DNA of 64,000 nucleotides from Narcine bancroftii (lineage: Eukaryota): contig NC_091472.1 in assembly GCF_036971445.1 (NCBI RefSeq), positions 66,836,001 to 66,900,000 of the forward strand, in the 5' to 3' direction. Under the pieces are notes generated by a model, which made no database searches, was not told where the DNA came from, and worked only from the letters and a program-made list of their open reading frames with translations. The translations under genes were made by a program, and so were the position numbers. This document shows, in pieces, positions 1 through 12,788 of the stretch (positions within the stretch are counted from its first letter, which is position 1; every line of letters starts with the position of its first letter).

Positions 1-1529
1 AGGGAGTTTGCATCATAATTTGAATCATTGCAAACCAAATCAGTTTGCATTTGGAAACATGTTAGTGATGGTGCAGAGGAATCTAATATGTCTCTTGAAA
101 CCAAAAATTAGGCTACAGTATGGATACACCAGTAAATTAAAATTAGTAGAGCAATACATATTCAGAGCTTGTCCCAAATACAAAACTTTATTATAATCTT
201 TTTGATGATCTTTACAACCAGCTGGATTGCACCATAATTTGATACGTGCACCTGCGCTTCATTACATTAAAAGTTTTAGCCTCTCAAGATAACAAATGCC
301 AAGTAGCTCTTTACAAAATCACATTTGCTGAATATTGCAGTTTTTACATTATTAATAATCTGAACTGCATGGGTTTAAAAATTTAAAACCTATTGAATTC
401 CACATCACTTAAATGATCAATTAATGAATATATCTCAAGCCTTTAACACCAAATAAAAATCAGCAAGTAAAATACATCCATCAGAATATATGTTCATTTA
501 TAACTTTTGAACAAAATATTAATTTCTTTCAACATTCTGCAAAAGTATATAAGTATCAACTCATTGATCATTTATAAATATGCCAAATTAAACTATGCAT
601 TGTTCAATAGGATTCATTTATTATTGTCGCATGTACACTGAGATGGTGTAAAGATTTATTTTGCACATCATTCCAACCTGGCAGAGTCACTGTTCTCTGG
701 TGCCATCTTACTTATAAACAAAGGAGAAAAAAATGGGAAGAGAAAGAAGCCATTCGGAGACAGTGAGTTGTCAAGGATTACATGCCACCAATGCAGCTGC
801 CTCAACTGCCATCCCTGTAACCACCATATCAAGTAGGTGCCATTGCCATCGCTACTTGTTTTTATTGTTCCCATAAGTTATGCAATGGGGAAGAGTCTTC
901 TGACATTGAGCCAGAGCTCGAGACCCAATATCTCCATCACACTTCCTTGAACCCTGGTCTCCAATCCTCAAAGGTGTGGAAGCTGTCAACAGGTGAGGCT
1001 TGGCCGGAAACCTGCTCTTCATGTTAATTTGCTTTCGAATCTATCTAGAATAAACTCTAATATTTGTAAACAAACTTCAAATAAAAATGCTTGCAAGCTT
1101 GTACTGGTATATATTTTTAATTACTTATTTTAAGAAATAATATTTTTTCTGGATGAGTAAAAGAAAAGTTTATTCATTTATAAGTGCATTAATCAGAAAC
1201 TGCTTCTTTTGCAGAATGTTTAAAGACTAATTTTATGATCTGGAGGAAGGATAAATATTTTATTTCATCATATGTGAGGTTCCAAAAGTTGACATATAAA
1301 TTAACTTAGTGTATAAAATAAATGTGTTGTATTCTGATGGAACCAAATCTTCGAAGTGGAGTTCAAGTTGTAGACAGTGTAGTGCAAATTTTGATGCAAA
1401 CAAATAAAGCTAAACTTTGACTTCGTTTTTACCAGAAATGTATAGCTTTTGTTCTAAAATACCAAATCAGTTTGCTTCTTTACTTTAACAATTGCTTATA
1501 CTCCAAAATCCAAAATATTCAACAACATA

Positions 1530-2242
1530 CAGTAAAGTTCTTGTTAATTGGAATTTGGTGGTCTCGTAAACCTCTAAAGGTGTACTGTGGAGAGCATTCT
1601 GGCTGATTGCATCACTGTCTGGTATGGAGCCTCCAACTCTCATGACAAGATAAACTCCACAGGGTTGTTAACTTGGCCTGCATCATCACAGGCACCAGAT
1701 GAAGATATCTACATGAGGCAGTGTATTAAAAAACAAGCCCCTATCCTCAAAGTCCCACACTATCCACCCCATGCCCTTTTCAATCTGCTACCATTGGGAA
1801 AAGGTACAGGAGCCTAAAGACCAGCACTCACCAGCTCAAGGACAGCTTCTTCCCCAGTGCCATCGAACTCCAGAACAGTCAATGAACCAAGGACACTGCC
1901 TTACTTTTCTTGCCCTATTATTGTTATTATTATTTTATTTTATTTTTTGTATAATGTTGTAAGATGGTTATAATATGTATGTGATACTGCCACAAAACAC
2001 TGAATATCATGACTTATTCGTGACAATAAATCTTGATTCTGATTTTGAATTCATTCAAATGGCAGCCATAAACAAGCAGCAAAAATAAATTGCACAAAAA
2101 TAAATAGGTAAAAAATTATGACAGTTTAAAATTGGTGCCCCTTGTGGTCAGTTCACCAATTATATTACATGCAATCTCAAGCAACCAGCAAATACCCTTA
2201 TCTATCAATCCCCATAGATGCTGGATACCATGGGTTTTACAG
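1530..2242. mobile_element. Tigger/pogo-like MITE split by a Rex1/Babar LINE fragment
   Basis: Left end TA|CAGTAAAG. Right end GGATACCATGGGTTTTACAG is a degenerate inverted terminus. 2170-2242 is the reverse complement of the element at 28058-28746. Confidence 0.55.
1555..2044 (+). mobile_element. Rex1/Babar-like LINE 3' fragment
   Basis: Translates to ESILADCITVWYG...PPHALFNLLPLGK (C-terminal region after the RT). Ends AATAAA-TCTTGATTCTGATT. Closely similar to 54135-54632. Confidence 0.8.
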
Positions 2243-2289
2243 CAGTTGGTTTTAAGGAGCTGTCCTGGGTAAACTTGTACCTCTCACTT

Positions 2290-2729
2290 TGTTCGTTTTA
2301 GATTGGTCACAGTGTTTGAGCTACCGAAAGAAAATAGACTCACACGCCAAGAGCACTTCAGTTTATACAAATCTTTATTACAAATTCTAAAGCTGATATC
2401 AAACGACAATATGCAAGCCCTTCCCAATTATACTTATCAACGCCTTGATCCCAACTGCCGAAGCGAGGCAATGACCGCACACTTTTAGTAGGTTGTCGGG
2501 GCGCCGGTAGCAGCTTCTCCACCTTCCCCGACCGGGACGTTGGCTGGACTCTAGAAGTTCTTCTTCTTGCTGAGAGGTGTTGCCACTTCTCGGAGAGTCT
2601 CAAACTTCAGCAGCGAGACCATGGCTTATATTATCCAAAAATTGCTTACCCAAGCACCTATTCCCAGCACAGAAAGAAAGATAAGCGAGCAAGCTAGCAT
2701 GCCTAGGCTTCGATCGATCGAATAACACA
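2290..2729 (-). mobile_element. Solo LTR, 440 bp (Gypsy-like)
   Basis: TGT...ACA termini with exact 4-bp TSD ACTT (2286-2289, 2730-2733). Minus-strand TATA-like motif near 2627 and AATAAA near 2374. CpG-rich relative to the flanks. Confidence 0.8.
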
Positions 2730-3244
2730 ACTTTCAGCTTATCACTTTGAATACAATGGTTTATTTTGCATCAAGGTTAGGACTGCTTGAAAGACAAGCA
2801 GGAAGATTAAATGTTCTTGGTACACAGATGTCTTTTTGTCAGATAACTGCATCTCTGGGCCCCATGGTGGAATTTAGCTTATGTCTGCTGAGACTAAAGC
2901 AGGTTACTGATTCTCAGCCTTGCAGGAGCAAAAAAACATGGTTTAAAGCTGAAGCAAAAAGCATGGTTTAAATCCTCCAATACAGGAGCATTCTAAAAGA
3001 TGAATGGGACTCAAGAGAACTGGCTCAAATTTATCCAATTTTTTTATTTTCAGTTACTCATTTTTTGGAGATTGGGCATTGCTGGTAAGACTTCTATATA
3101 TTGCCCAACCCTAATTGTCCTTGAGATTATGATAGGACGTAGTCTGCTTGAACTGCTGTAGCCTTTCTTGTGAAAGACTGCGCAGTAAGGTGTTCAAAGA
3201 ATTAGATCCTATGATGATGAAGAAACAACATATTTACTGGTACA

Positions 3245-3515
3245 AGATAAAGGAATAGAAGCAGGCCACTCAGCCTATCGATTCTGTTCCGTGACTCTAC
3301 ACTAAGCTGAAATATGCTCACACCCAGTTCAAATTTCCAGCCTTTTCCCCATATCGCTTGATTCCCTTACTAATGAAATGCTTATCCATTTCCTTTTTAA
3401 ATACTTCCAGTGATCTGGCATCCACTGCTTTGTGTGGCAGTGAGTTCCACAGATCCACGACCCTCTTGACTAAAGAAGTTCTTCTTACTCTCTGTTAGCC
3501 TGTATCTTTAAGGAT
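3245..3515 (-). mobile_element. CR1 LINE 3' end
   Basis: AGCAGGCCACTCAGCC tail and GAGTTCCACAGATCCACGACCCTC, the reverse of the RVVxxWNxLP motif. Confidence 0.7.
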
Positions 3516-3519
3516 GTGT

Positions 3520-4572
3520 TAAAAATAGTGATGTATCAGAACCCCTCACTCTTCCAGAGAGTAGAGATAGAGGTTTAGTGGATAGAAAGTATTCTGCCTG
3601 GAGGTCAGTGGCTAATGGAGTACCACAAGGATTTGTTCTGGGACCCTTGCTCCTTGGATTTTTATAAAGACCTAGATGAAGAGGCAGAAGGATGAGTGAG
3701 TAAGTTCACGAATGATACAAAGGTTGGAGAGTTGTGGATGGAGCTGAAGGTTGTCAAAGGTTAGAGGCAGGATGCAAAGTTGGTTGGAGAAGTTGCAGAT
3801 GGATTTCAATCTGGATAAGCGTGAGGTAATGTATTTTGGAAGGTCAAACCAGAAGGCTCAGTACAGGGTTAATGATCCATTATTTAAGAGTGTGGCTGAA
3901 CATAGATACCTTGGGGTCCAAATCCATACATCCCTAAAGTTCGCCACACAGGTTGATAGGATAGTTAAGAAGGCCTATGGGATGCTGGGCTTCATTAATA
4001 GGGAGATGTCATGTTGCAAATCTACAAATCTCTGGTGATACCACACTTAGAGTATTGTGTTTAGTTCTGATCTTCTCTTGATAGGAAGGATGTGGAAGCT
4101 ATGGAGAGGGTGCAGAGGAGATTTGCCAGGATGTTTCCTGGATTGGAAAATTAGTCTTATGAGGCAAGGTTAGCGGAGCTGGGACTTTTCTCTTTGGAGC
4201 ATAGAAGGATGAGAGGAGACCTAATAGAGGTCTACAAGATTATGAGAGGCATAGATAGGGTGGACACTCAACACTTGTTTCCCAGGGCAGGAATATCAAA
4301 TACCAGAAGACATGAGTATAAATTGAAGGGAGGGGAAACTTAGGAGAGACGTCAAGGGTAAGTTTTTTTTATGCAGAGAGTAGTGGGTGCCTGGAATGCC
4401 TTGTCAGGGATGGTGGTGGAGGTTGAGACATTAGGGGCATTTAACAGACTCTTAGACAAGCACATGAATGGAAGGAAAATAGAGGGTTATGGGGTAGGGA
4501 GGATTTAGTACTTTTTTTAAGGAATATATGGATCGACACAACATCAGGGTCTGAACAGCTGTAGTGTTCTAA
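3520..4572 (+). mobile_element. CR1 (HER1-like) LINE, 5'-truncated RT and 3' UTR, decayed
   Basis: GVPQG-VLGPLL, KFxxDTK, MDFNLDKxEVMYFGRSN, KKAYGMLGFINR and RVVGAWNAL motifs, with frameshifts. Confidence 0.92.
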
Positions 4573-4799
4573 ATTGTTGGATTAACATGGTCCATGAACT
4601 GCCAAGCATTTTGTCAATGTGGCAGATATTGTGTTTCATTGATGGAGGAAAAGTGTTTTTAGGTGGGTAGATGGGGTACCAATCAAGCATTCTGCTTTGA
4701 CCTGAATGATATCAAGCTTCTTTAGAGTCACAGATCTCAGGACAAAGTTTGCAGCTTTGAGTGTCTGTCCTTTATATATCAGTGTTTGAGAGAAAACAT

Positions 4800-5565
4800 A
4801 TTTATTCACATAATACCTTGTTATAACTAACCTTGCTCCCACATCTACATCAAGCTGTTGTTCATTATCTACAGTTCAGCATTCAATACCAAGCATGACC
4901 AAGCTAAAGGACCTAGACACCTGGATCTGCCACTTCCTCATCGGCAGAGCCCAGTCAGTGCAGGACGTCATCATCACCACTTCTTCACTGACAATCGACA
5001 CAGGGGAAACTCAAGAGTACTTCTCAGTATTGAGCGGCCATGGGCCAGAAAATAGAGATAGAGAATTTAGTTGTGTGATGCCAGAACAACAATGTTACGC
5101 TCAACTTTATCAAGACAAAGGAGCTTCTCCTCAGGAGAGGCTGAGGGGACAGAGGTGGAGCGGTTTCTTCAAGGAACTTCTTTAAGTTCCTGAAGAAGAC
5201 CTCTCCTGAAGCCAGCGCATCGAGGCAACCATAGAGAAGGCACACCAATGCCTTTACTTTCTAAGGAGACTGAGAAGGTTTGGCATGTTGTCAAATACTC
5301 TATCAGACTTCTGCAGGTGCTCAATGGAGAATATATTGAGAGGTTGAATCAAATTCTGACCTCCCATCCACTGCAGACATCTATGTGAGCTGCTGCCTCA
5401 AGAAGGCAGACAGCATCATAAAAGATCCCCCATCTCTCTGGTCACATCCTCTTCTCATTGCTATCTTTGGGTAGAAGTGACAAGCCTGAAATCTGGCATC
5501 TCTAATTTCAAGAACAGCTTCTTTCCAATAGTTATTGGACTCTTGAACTTTCCTTTGTTACATTA
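4800..5565 (+). mobile_element. Rex1/Babar-like LINE fragment, internally deleted
   Basis: FIxYSSAFNT, WIxxFLxGRxQSV, SSLTIxTG and LYFLRRLRRFG remnants. Confidence 0.8.
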
Positions 5566-5571
5566 ATCATG

Positions 5572-7380
5572 CAGTGGTGGCTTAACCATTAGGCTAAGTA
5601 GGATGAAGCCTAGGGGCCCAGAAGGTAAGGGGGGCCCAATGCATTATGATCTGATTAAACTGACTTAACAAAAACAATTACTCAGCCAAATGGTTAATCC
5701 ACTAATGGTTGTTTGAACCCTTGTGACTATGCCATCTTATTAAAAGAATGTCCACTAACTCCAGGCAGACTACAATGCCAGCGATTGGGACTGAGGTTCG
5801 AATCCCACACTGTCTATAAGGAGCTTTTAGGTTCTCCCTGTAACTGCGTGCGTTTTCCCCGGGGGCCTGCCAGGATTTTTCTGATATTTATTTAATAAAC
5901 CGTTCAGATTTCAAGAGCCCCCCGAACTGCAGCTGAGCTAGCGGCAGCGCTGTCACTGGCCTGTCTTTGTCTAGTTGCACTGGATGATGAAGATTTTTAG
6001 AAACACATTTGCGGTGCATTTCATTATAGTAACTCCAGTGTGTCTATAGAATCTGTAGCACCACAAACAACTGGCAACTTGTACTCACTGTCTCCTTTCC
6101 CAAGACTGCTAGGCAAAGCTGCGCAACATTCACAAGCTATGGCAGTGCTCGGGCCAGTCTGACCCAGTCAGATTCCCCTTTCCCAATGGCCGCATTGCAT
6201 TCAGTCAGCGCCAGCCAGGCAGCTGAGTAACCCCGGCAGCTGCAGCTCACAGCTGGTTACTTACAATGCCCTGAGTGGCTAAGAGATCGGTGGGTTGTAC
6301 TTGACAGTTGGATATGTTAAATTTAGAAACAACAAGCAGAGAGATAGTCTTTTCCAGCATTGTCAATACTTTGGAAGAAAGTGGGGGGGGGTGGGGGTGA
6401 AGAACAGATTTAGGCAAGATGGTTCAGGCCAGGACTGGTTTGAGGAAGTCCACTGGTGTCAGGACTATGTGTCTGAAGTCACATCAGGATGTCTTGCAGG
6501 AAAGAAGGGTTAGATGGGAATCTTTCAGGGTGCCAGTGGTGTAGTTGGGTGGGGTGGGGAGTAGGGTGAGTCATCACTCCCCTTGAGCACATTCATTCAA
6601 AAGTGGCAACTGTCACAGATGCCATGGTCTCACAGTTGAAAAACAGATGCTACTGATCTGCCCTGCCATCTCCTTGTGTGTGGTCCCTGTTGAGTGAGCT
6701 ATTAGCTGGTGTGGATCACATACCACGCAAGCATGAATCATGCGAACACAAGGCATGAAAAGAATTTGATGTTCGAACAGTAAATCAGAGAGGGAGAGCC
6801 CAAGAGGTGAGAGCTGTAAGTAAAATGTTTATTTTATTTAAAAACTGAATTGATTTGCAAATTGTGCCCCATAGTTCAGGTAGGCCAAGAGGAGGGTTCA
6901 GAGACAGGTGTCGGGAGCTCCAGTGACCGGAGCTCCTGACATCCAACTCTGAACCCTCCCCTCAACCTTCACCAGATCTCCCATCACCCGAGTCCCAACT
7001 CCAAACCCTCCTCTGTCCCCTCAGTCTACTGTGCACGCACACCTGAGTCCAGTGTGAGTGTGCAGTAGTAGGCCAATCCCTATCATTTTAATTCAAACAT
7101 TAAAATAACTTTAATCAAAATGTGTTGTTTTTACACTTGGGATGTAGGGAAAATAATGAACAGAGTACATTTTCATTATAAAATGATTTAAAATGTAAAA
7201 TATGTGTAATTTTATTAAATAATAGCTCATTTTAAATGGAGTCATCATTTCAATAGTTGAAATTATTGGTGACTCATTCCATTCTAATGGGAGTGCATGG
7301 AGTGGCCATATGCTTCGCTCTCTCCCCTTCCCTTTCCGTCCTGAGGCTCTGTCGTCCCGTTTGGGGCAGTAGCATTGGTG
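5572..7380. mobile_element. Unclassified GC-richer repeat, probably DNA-transposon derived (hAT-like left terminus)
   Basis: Begins CAGTGGTGGCTTAACCATTAGGCTAAG...GCCTAGGGGCCC, a hAT-type terminus. Composition shifts from the flanks and an internal 31-bp hairpin is present. Matching right TIR not found. Confidence 0.35.
5768..5867 (+). mobile_element. tRNA-derived SINE fragment (HE1/V-SINE type)
   Basis: B box GGTTCGAATCCC followed by the V-domain-like CTGTCTATAAGGAGCTTT...TTCTCCCTGTAACTGCGTG. Confidence 0.7.
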
Positions 7381-7399
7381 AATATGGGAAAGGAGCTTG

Positions 7400-7655
7400 G
7401 AGGTAGTACTGAGAAGAGAAAAAACTGCTTTTCCCAGAGAGTGGTGAATCTATAGACTACTCTGCCCATGAAAGCCTTGGATGCTACCTCAATAAGCTTA
7501 TTTAAGACAAGATTGGATAGATTTTTGCATAGTAGGGAAATTAAGGGATATGGGGGGTGGGGAGGAAGTCAGGTAGCTGGAGATGAGTCTCATCAGATCA
7601 GCCATGATGTATGGTGGGGCAGGCTCGACTGGTAAATGGCCTACTTCTTATGTTC
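7400..7655 (+). mobile_element. CR1 LINE 3' end
   Basis: CFSQRVVNL motif, FKTRLDRFL and the 3' UTR ending CTACTTCTTATGTTC. Same subfamily as 11335 and 41651. Confidence 0.85.
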
Positions 7656-9239
7656 AATTGGGAAGAGATTAAGAACCATTGGGAGCACATAGAAGGTCTT
7701 CGATGTGGTGGTTAGAGTTCACCTGCTAACATACTACTCACTCCATAATCCCCTCAGAATCTGCAAAACCAGTGAAAGCAAGACATCCTCAATCCTGCAG
7801 AAAAAGAAGAAGAAGAAAAATAGGTTGTTTTGTTACCGTTCATTTTGGTTGGAAAAGCTATATTTTTTTGTTATTGTTCTTTGATCAACAAACAGGAGGC
7901 AAAAAGTTCAGCTAGAAATCCTAATCTTTATTCAGTGATTCCTTCTCAGAATTCTGTGTTCATGGTTTCATTAAACCTAGCTTGGAATTTAGAGGAGGAG
8001 GTGGAGCTCCCTCTTACTGAAGCTTATGAATTTCAACATATTCAATCTGGAATACATAACATTTTGATTGTAATGGGAGTTTTGAAACAATGGAGCTTAT
8101 TTATAATGAATCCTAACATTAATAGAGCTTTTCTTAAAAAAAATTGAGAGACTCTAATCAAATGCATTTGAAACTGAATTAATACCCAGTAAAATCCTTT
8201 CAGCGTCTGTAAACAATTAGTTTCAAATGAAAAATAGTGCAGTCAAAAAACAAAGAGCAGCAAGCTATGTTGACCAGATGTTGCTGAAATGCTCTGCAGT
8301 TCAATTGCTCTCTGACAGAAAAATGACAATTTTGCTCCACTATATCATCTTCACACCATCACCTATTAGTTTACATAGCTGACGTTATAGACCAGCTTCC
8401 TGACAGTTTTAATACATTCTGCATTAGAATATGAAGCGTTCTGAGTTGACAGATTAAACTGTGAATTAACCAAGTGACTTTTCAGACACAAGAAACATGT
8501 TAAAGGGAGGAAAATTAATTCAATCTACCCACTCAAATCTATTGCTACCATTTCATTTTTGTTTAATGGTTGATCCGGAACATTATGTCCTTTATTGTGA
8601 CCTCTTAATATGGAAATTGGGAAACATTGCATTCTTTTATTTTCTTGAAATGTACCTGAAAATGTATTGCCCAGAAAGGAATGCGATTCTGACTATTGGT
8701 GGGTCATATTGCACCATTCTGGGAACTTGACAGAACACTTGTCTCGAATCATTTTGTACCAATGATTTGCTTTCTGTGACAGTTGCGCAGGATGATGTCA
8801 TTCCCTGTGAGCTCTGAAAATGACATCCCATTGCTTTGGGAAGTGCCTGTCATTGGGCAGTCCCGTAAACATCAGGTTTCATTGCACTGCTGCCAAAGGG
8901 GATACAAAGAAGGTATCCCCTTTGTAGGTATTGTCTGTATCGATAATCCAACCCTGATCGCATTACAACCACACCCAGCCCCAATCTGGTTATGGAAAGG
9001 AAAGGATATAGCAGGTCAATAAGTTTCACTATAATGTGTCTATAACCAATATTGTTATTGGCAGCCACGCAACAACCTTTCAGCACTTTGTTGAAGGTGC
9101 AGGTGAATTTCCAGGTCTTCATCCTACATAATGTTATTTATGGTTTCGATTAAAACATTACTATTACATCAATCTTTCTCAGACTGACTCTGTAACCATT
9201 TTTTGCTCATCCAGATTTGTTACACCTGAGACCTTCCCC

Positions 9240-9330
9240 ACCCACATAGCATTACGGTCATTCGAGTTATGGAAATTCGCCCTTACAGAATTCACAAAAC
9301 ATTACACATGAATTTGCTATCGTAGAATTT
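9240..9330. mobile_element. Possible Tigger-like MITE remnant
   Basis: CATTCGAGTTATGGAAATTCGCCCTTACAGAA resembles pogo/Tigger subterminal sequence. Short. Confidence 0.3.
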
Positions 9331-10666
9331 ATGTGAAGAAAAAGCAAATGCATCAATATTTTTAAAATGCATGCTTCTTTAATGCATTGTCGCTTCACAT
9401 CATGGAAAATTACAATACCATCAATTTTCCAGAAATGCAGACCACCTTTCCCTTAATACATGTGTCATCTGTACCTGGTAAAACCATAAAATGTTTACTA
9501 GTCAAAGGAGACCATGAAAGCAAATGGTGTTGCATATGCAATTTAGATCTCTATAACTATTATAAATTATGTTCTGTTTGATTATTTCCTAGAGGAAACT
9601 GAGGGCCTTTTTGTTTGCTTACATGGATCTGCATGTGAACAACAGGATACAGTGATTTATGAGCATAGGAAAATAAGCAAAATGTAAATATAAAATAGTC
9701 ATCTTTTATGTTTAACAATATTCCATATAGATCCTTAAATTTTCTTTCAACCATCACATTGTGAGGTTATCAAAATAAAAGGTTCATCAGATGATCTTCA
9801 CCAAAATTGTCCTATTGGTAAAACAAGTAAAAACAAGGTAAAATAGTGTTACATTTAGATTCCACAGGAAGCTAAAGTGAAAAAATGCTTTCAAATTCAT
9901 AATGAATAATGTGTGCAATGAACAGATTTCAAACTCGATGTTTGCTGTTTTTCTACGTTGATCTTCAATTTTTTAGATCATCACTAATATTTCCAATTAG
10001 ATCTGGGTTATTAATATTGTATTTCATCCAGAGATTTATAATACTTTTCAGTACAGAACATATCCTTCAGCCCACAGCAATGCTTTTTGCCGCCTAATCT
10101 CACTTTTTCACTCTCTCCCCATGCTCTTAAACATTAACCATGCATTAAACATCCTCCATCAGAATTTATGGAATTGATTCGACAACTACTTTCAGTAGAC
10201 AGTTTCAGTCACTTTTCTGGCAAAGATGTTTTCACGCTCCATACCTTTACCCTATCATGATTATCCTAAATCTACTTGCTCTTTTTCTGTACTGCTAATC
10301 AGTTGAAGTGATCAATCATTATTTCTCTTCATTATCGTGCACTTCTATTTGGTCACCTTTTAACCTTCTCAGTTCCTGACAAAAGCTGCAATTTCTCAGA
10401 TGTTTTCACAGCAAACTCATTGCCCTCAATAAAAGACAATCTTACCAAGTGTTATCTTTTGGAAAGACAATGGTTAAAAATACATTTAATTGGAACCTTT
10501 AAAACTTAGTTTATTTTCCCTCTGATAGGAGACAGAAGGAGAAATTTTACAAGCACTCAGGCGATCCAAAGTTTATCCTGGCTTTGTTATTCAAGAGTGT
10601 TTCTAAATGTTACTGAAAGTAATATTGGTTGCCAAATATGACTGAAAGTAATAATGGTTGATTGTA

Positions 10667-11290
10667 ACATAGCATATAACCATATAACAATTTAGATTAC
10701 GGAGACAGGCCATATTGGCCCTTCTAGTCTGCACTGAATTACGTGAAACTCCACTAGTTCCACCTACCCACTCCCATGCCCACAACCTCCAATGTACTCA
10801 CTAGCCTCTCTCTTAAATGACAGAATTGACCCTGCCGCAACTATTTCTTCAGGTAGATCATTGCACTCAGCCACCACTCTCTAAGTGAAGAAGCATCCTC
10901 ATATTATTCCTAAAATTTTTCCCCCTAACCCTTAACTTATGACCTCTTTTACCAATCTCCCTTGCTCTCAGGGGAAAGAGCTTATTCACATCTACTCTAT
11001 CTATTCCCTTCAAAATTTTAAATACCTCAATCAAATCCCCTCTCAACCTAAAGTCCAAGTCTACTCAATCTTTCTCCGTATTCAAGATACTGCAATCCAG
11101 GCAACATTTTTGTAAACCTTCTTTGCACCCTCTCTACCTTATTTATATCCTTCCCATAATTTGGAGATCAGAACTGCACACAATACTCCAAACTTGACCT
11201 CACCAAAGCCTTAAACAGACTCAACATCACCTCCCAGCTCCTATATTCTATGCTATAATTTATAAAGGCCAGCATAACAAAAGCAAATAT
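10667..11290 (-). mobile_element. CR1 LINE 3' fragment
   Basis: RLRGDLIEVFKILKGIDRVD...RGHKL; short repeated ATAACCAT-like tail at 10667-10690. Confidence 0.92.
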
Positions 11291-12569
11291 CAATTAACAC
11301 TAAAAAAAGAAAGATACAGAAAAATAGGCCATGAACAAAATAATAAGAAATAGGAGCAGGAGTTTGGCTATCCAGCCTGCTCTGCCATTCATTGTGATCA
11401 TGGCTGATCTGATGATAGGTTCATCTCCACCTACCTGTCTTTTCCTCATATCTCTTAATTCCCACACTATGTAGAAGTCTATCCAACCTTGTCTTAAATA
11501 TATTTACTGAGGTTGCCTCCACTGCTTCAATGGGCAGCAAATTCCACAGATTCACCAGCCTCTGGGAAAAGCAGTTCCTCCTAATGCCTGCCCTAAATTT
11601 GCTACCCTGAATCTTGAGGTTATGTCCCATAATTCTGGTCTCCCCTACCAATGAAATAACTTGCCTATCTCAATCCTATCTATGCCTTTCATAATTTTAA
11701 ATATTTCTTTAAGATCCCCTCTTATTCTTCTAAATTCAAGCAAGTACAGTCTCAGATGACTCAATCTCTCCTCACAGACAAATCCCTTCATCCCTGGAAT
11801 CAAACCGATGAACCTCCTCGGCAATGCCTCCAAAGCCAATACATCCTTCCGCAAATAAGGAGATCAGAACTGCACACAGTATTCCAGATGTGATCACACC
11901 AGTACTTTGTACAGGTGCAGCAAAACCTCCTTGTTCTTAAATTCAGTCCCTCTAGTAATGAAGGTCAATATTCCATTTGCCTTCTTGATAGCCTGCTGCA
12001 CCTGCAAACCAACCTTTTACAATTCATGCACAAACACTCCCAAGCCCTGCACAGTAGCATGTTGCAATTGTTTGCCATTTAAATAATGTTCTGATCTTCC
12101 ATTCTTCCTTCCAAAGTGGATGACTTCACATTTGCCAACATTGTATACCATCTGCTAGCCCCTTGCCCACTCACTTAATCGATGGGAGCACTGCAGGCTC
12201 TCCATATCCTCTGCACAATTTGCTTTTCCAATCGATATTGTCAGCAAACTTAAATACATTACACTCTGTCCCCTTTTCCATATAATTTATGTGTACAGTG
12301 AACATTTGCGGGCCTTGCACTGGCCCCTGTGGCATCCTGCTCTTGACCGATTGCCAGCCAGAAAAACATCCCTACACACTAACTCTCTGATTTCTGTTGG
12401 TTCACCAATCCTTTATCCATGCTAATACATCACCCCCAATTCCGTGCATCCTTATCTTATGTATATGTCTTTTATGTGGCACCTTATTGAATGTCTTCTG
12501 GAAATCCAAGTAAACCACGTCTACCTTCTCCCCTCTTCTATCTACTGTCTACTTATATCCTCAAAGAAC

Positions 12570-12788
12570 CGATGCACATACAATCGCACAAAGGCTAAAG
12601 TAATCAAAACTGAAGGCTTTTATTTGCAAGAGGACAGCATCCCTTGTGTTGCTTGCTCACAATGACCAGGACCCGAACTGGGGGCAGGCTTGTGGGGAGA
12701 AAGGGGAGGAGTCACGAGCTGGCCAATGAAAGCAGGGTCAAAAAGGAAAAGTCATGACATTTACATATACAATAGTGGTTTCGTCACA
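12570..12788 (-). mobile_element. Short solo LTR (about 220 bp) inserted in the CR1 RT
   Basis: Interrupts CR1 at TCCTCAAAGAA|TTCC. Flanked by AGAAC/AGAAT (4/5 match). Ends GTCACA. Minus-strand AATAAA near 12619. Confidence 0.65.

Larger units (their letters stand above)
3065..4735 (-). mobile_element. Old CR1/L2-group LINE 3' remnant (pieces 3065-3235 and 4575-4735) interrupted by younger CR1s
   Basis: GGGCATTGCTGG...TTGCCCAACCCTAATTGTCCTTGAG tail and GATGGGGTACCAATCAAGC...GCTTTGACCTGAATGAT resemble the common elasmobranch LINE 3' end. Heavily decayed. Confidence 0.5.

Noticed and set aside
668-874. Trp-rich 68-aa minus ORF
   Set aside because: No recognisable domain or convincing splice sites; its length is expected by chance.
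5785-5810. GGTTCGAATCCC as a tRNA gene
   Set aside because: No cloverleaf; it is followed by SINE body sequence.
8783-9122. Overlapping ORFs on both strands as exons
   Set aside because: Unrecognised peptides and no consistent acceptor/donor pair; the hairpins are the stronger signal.
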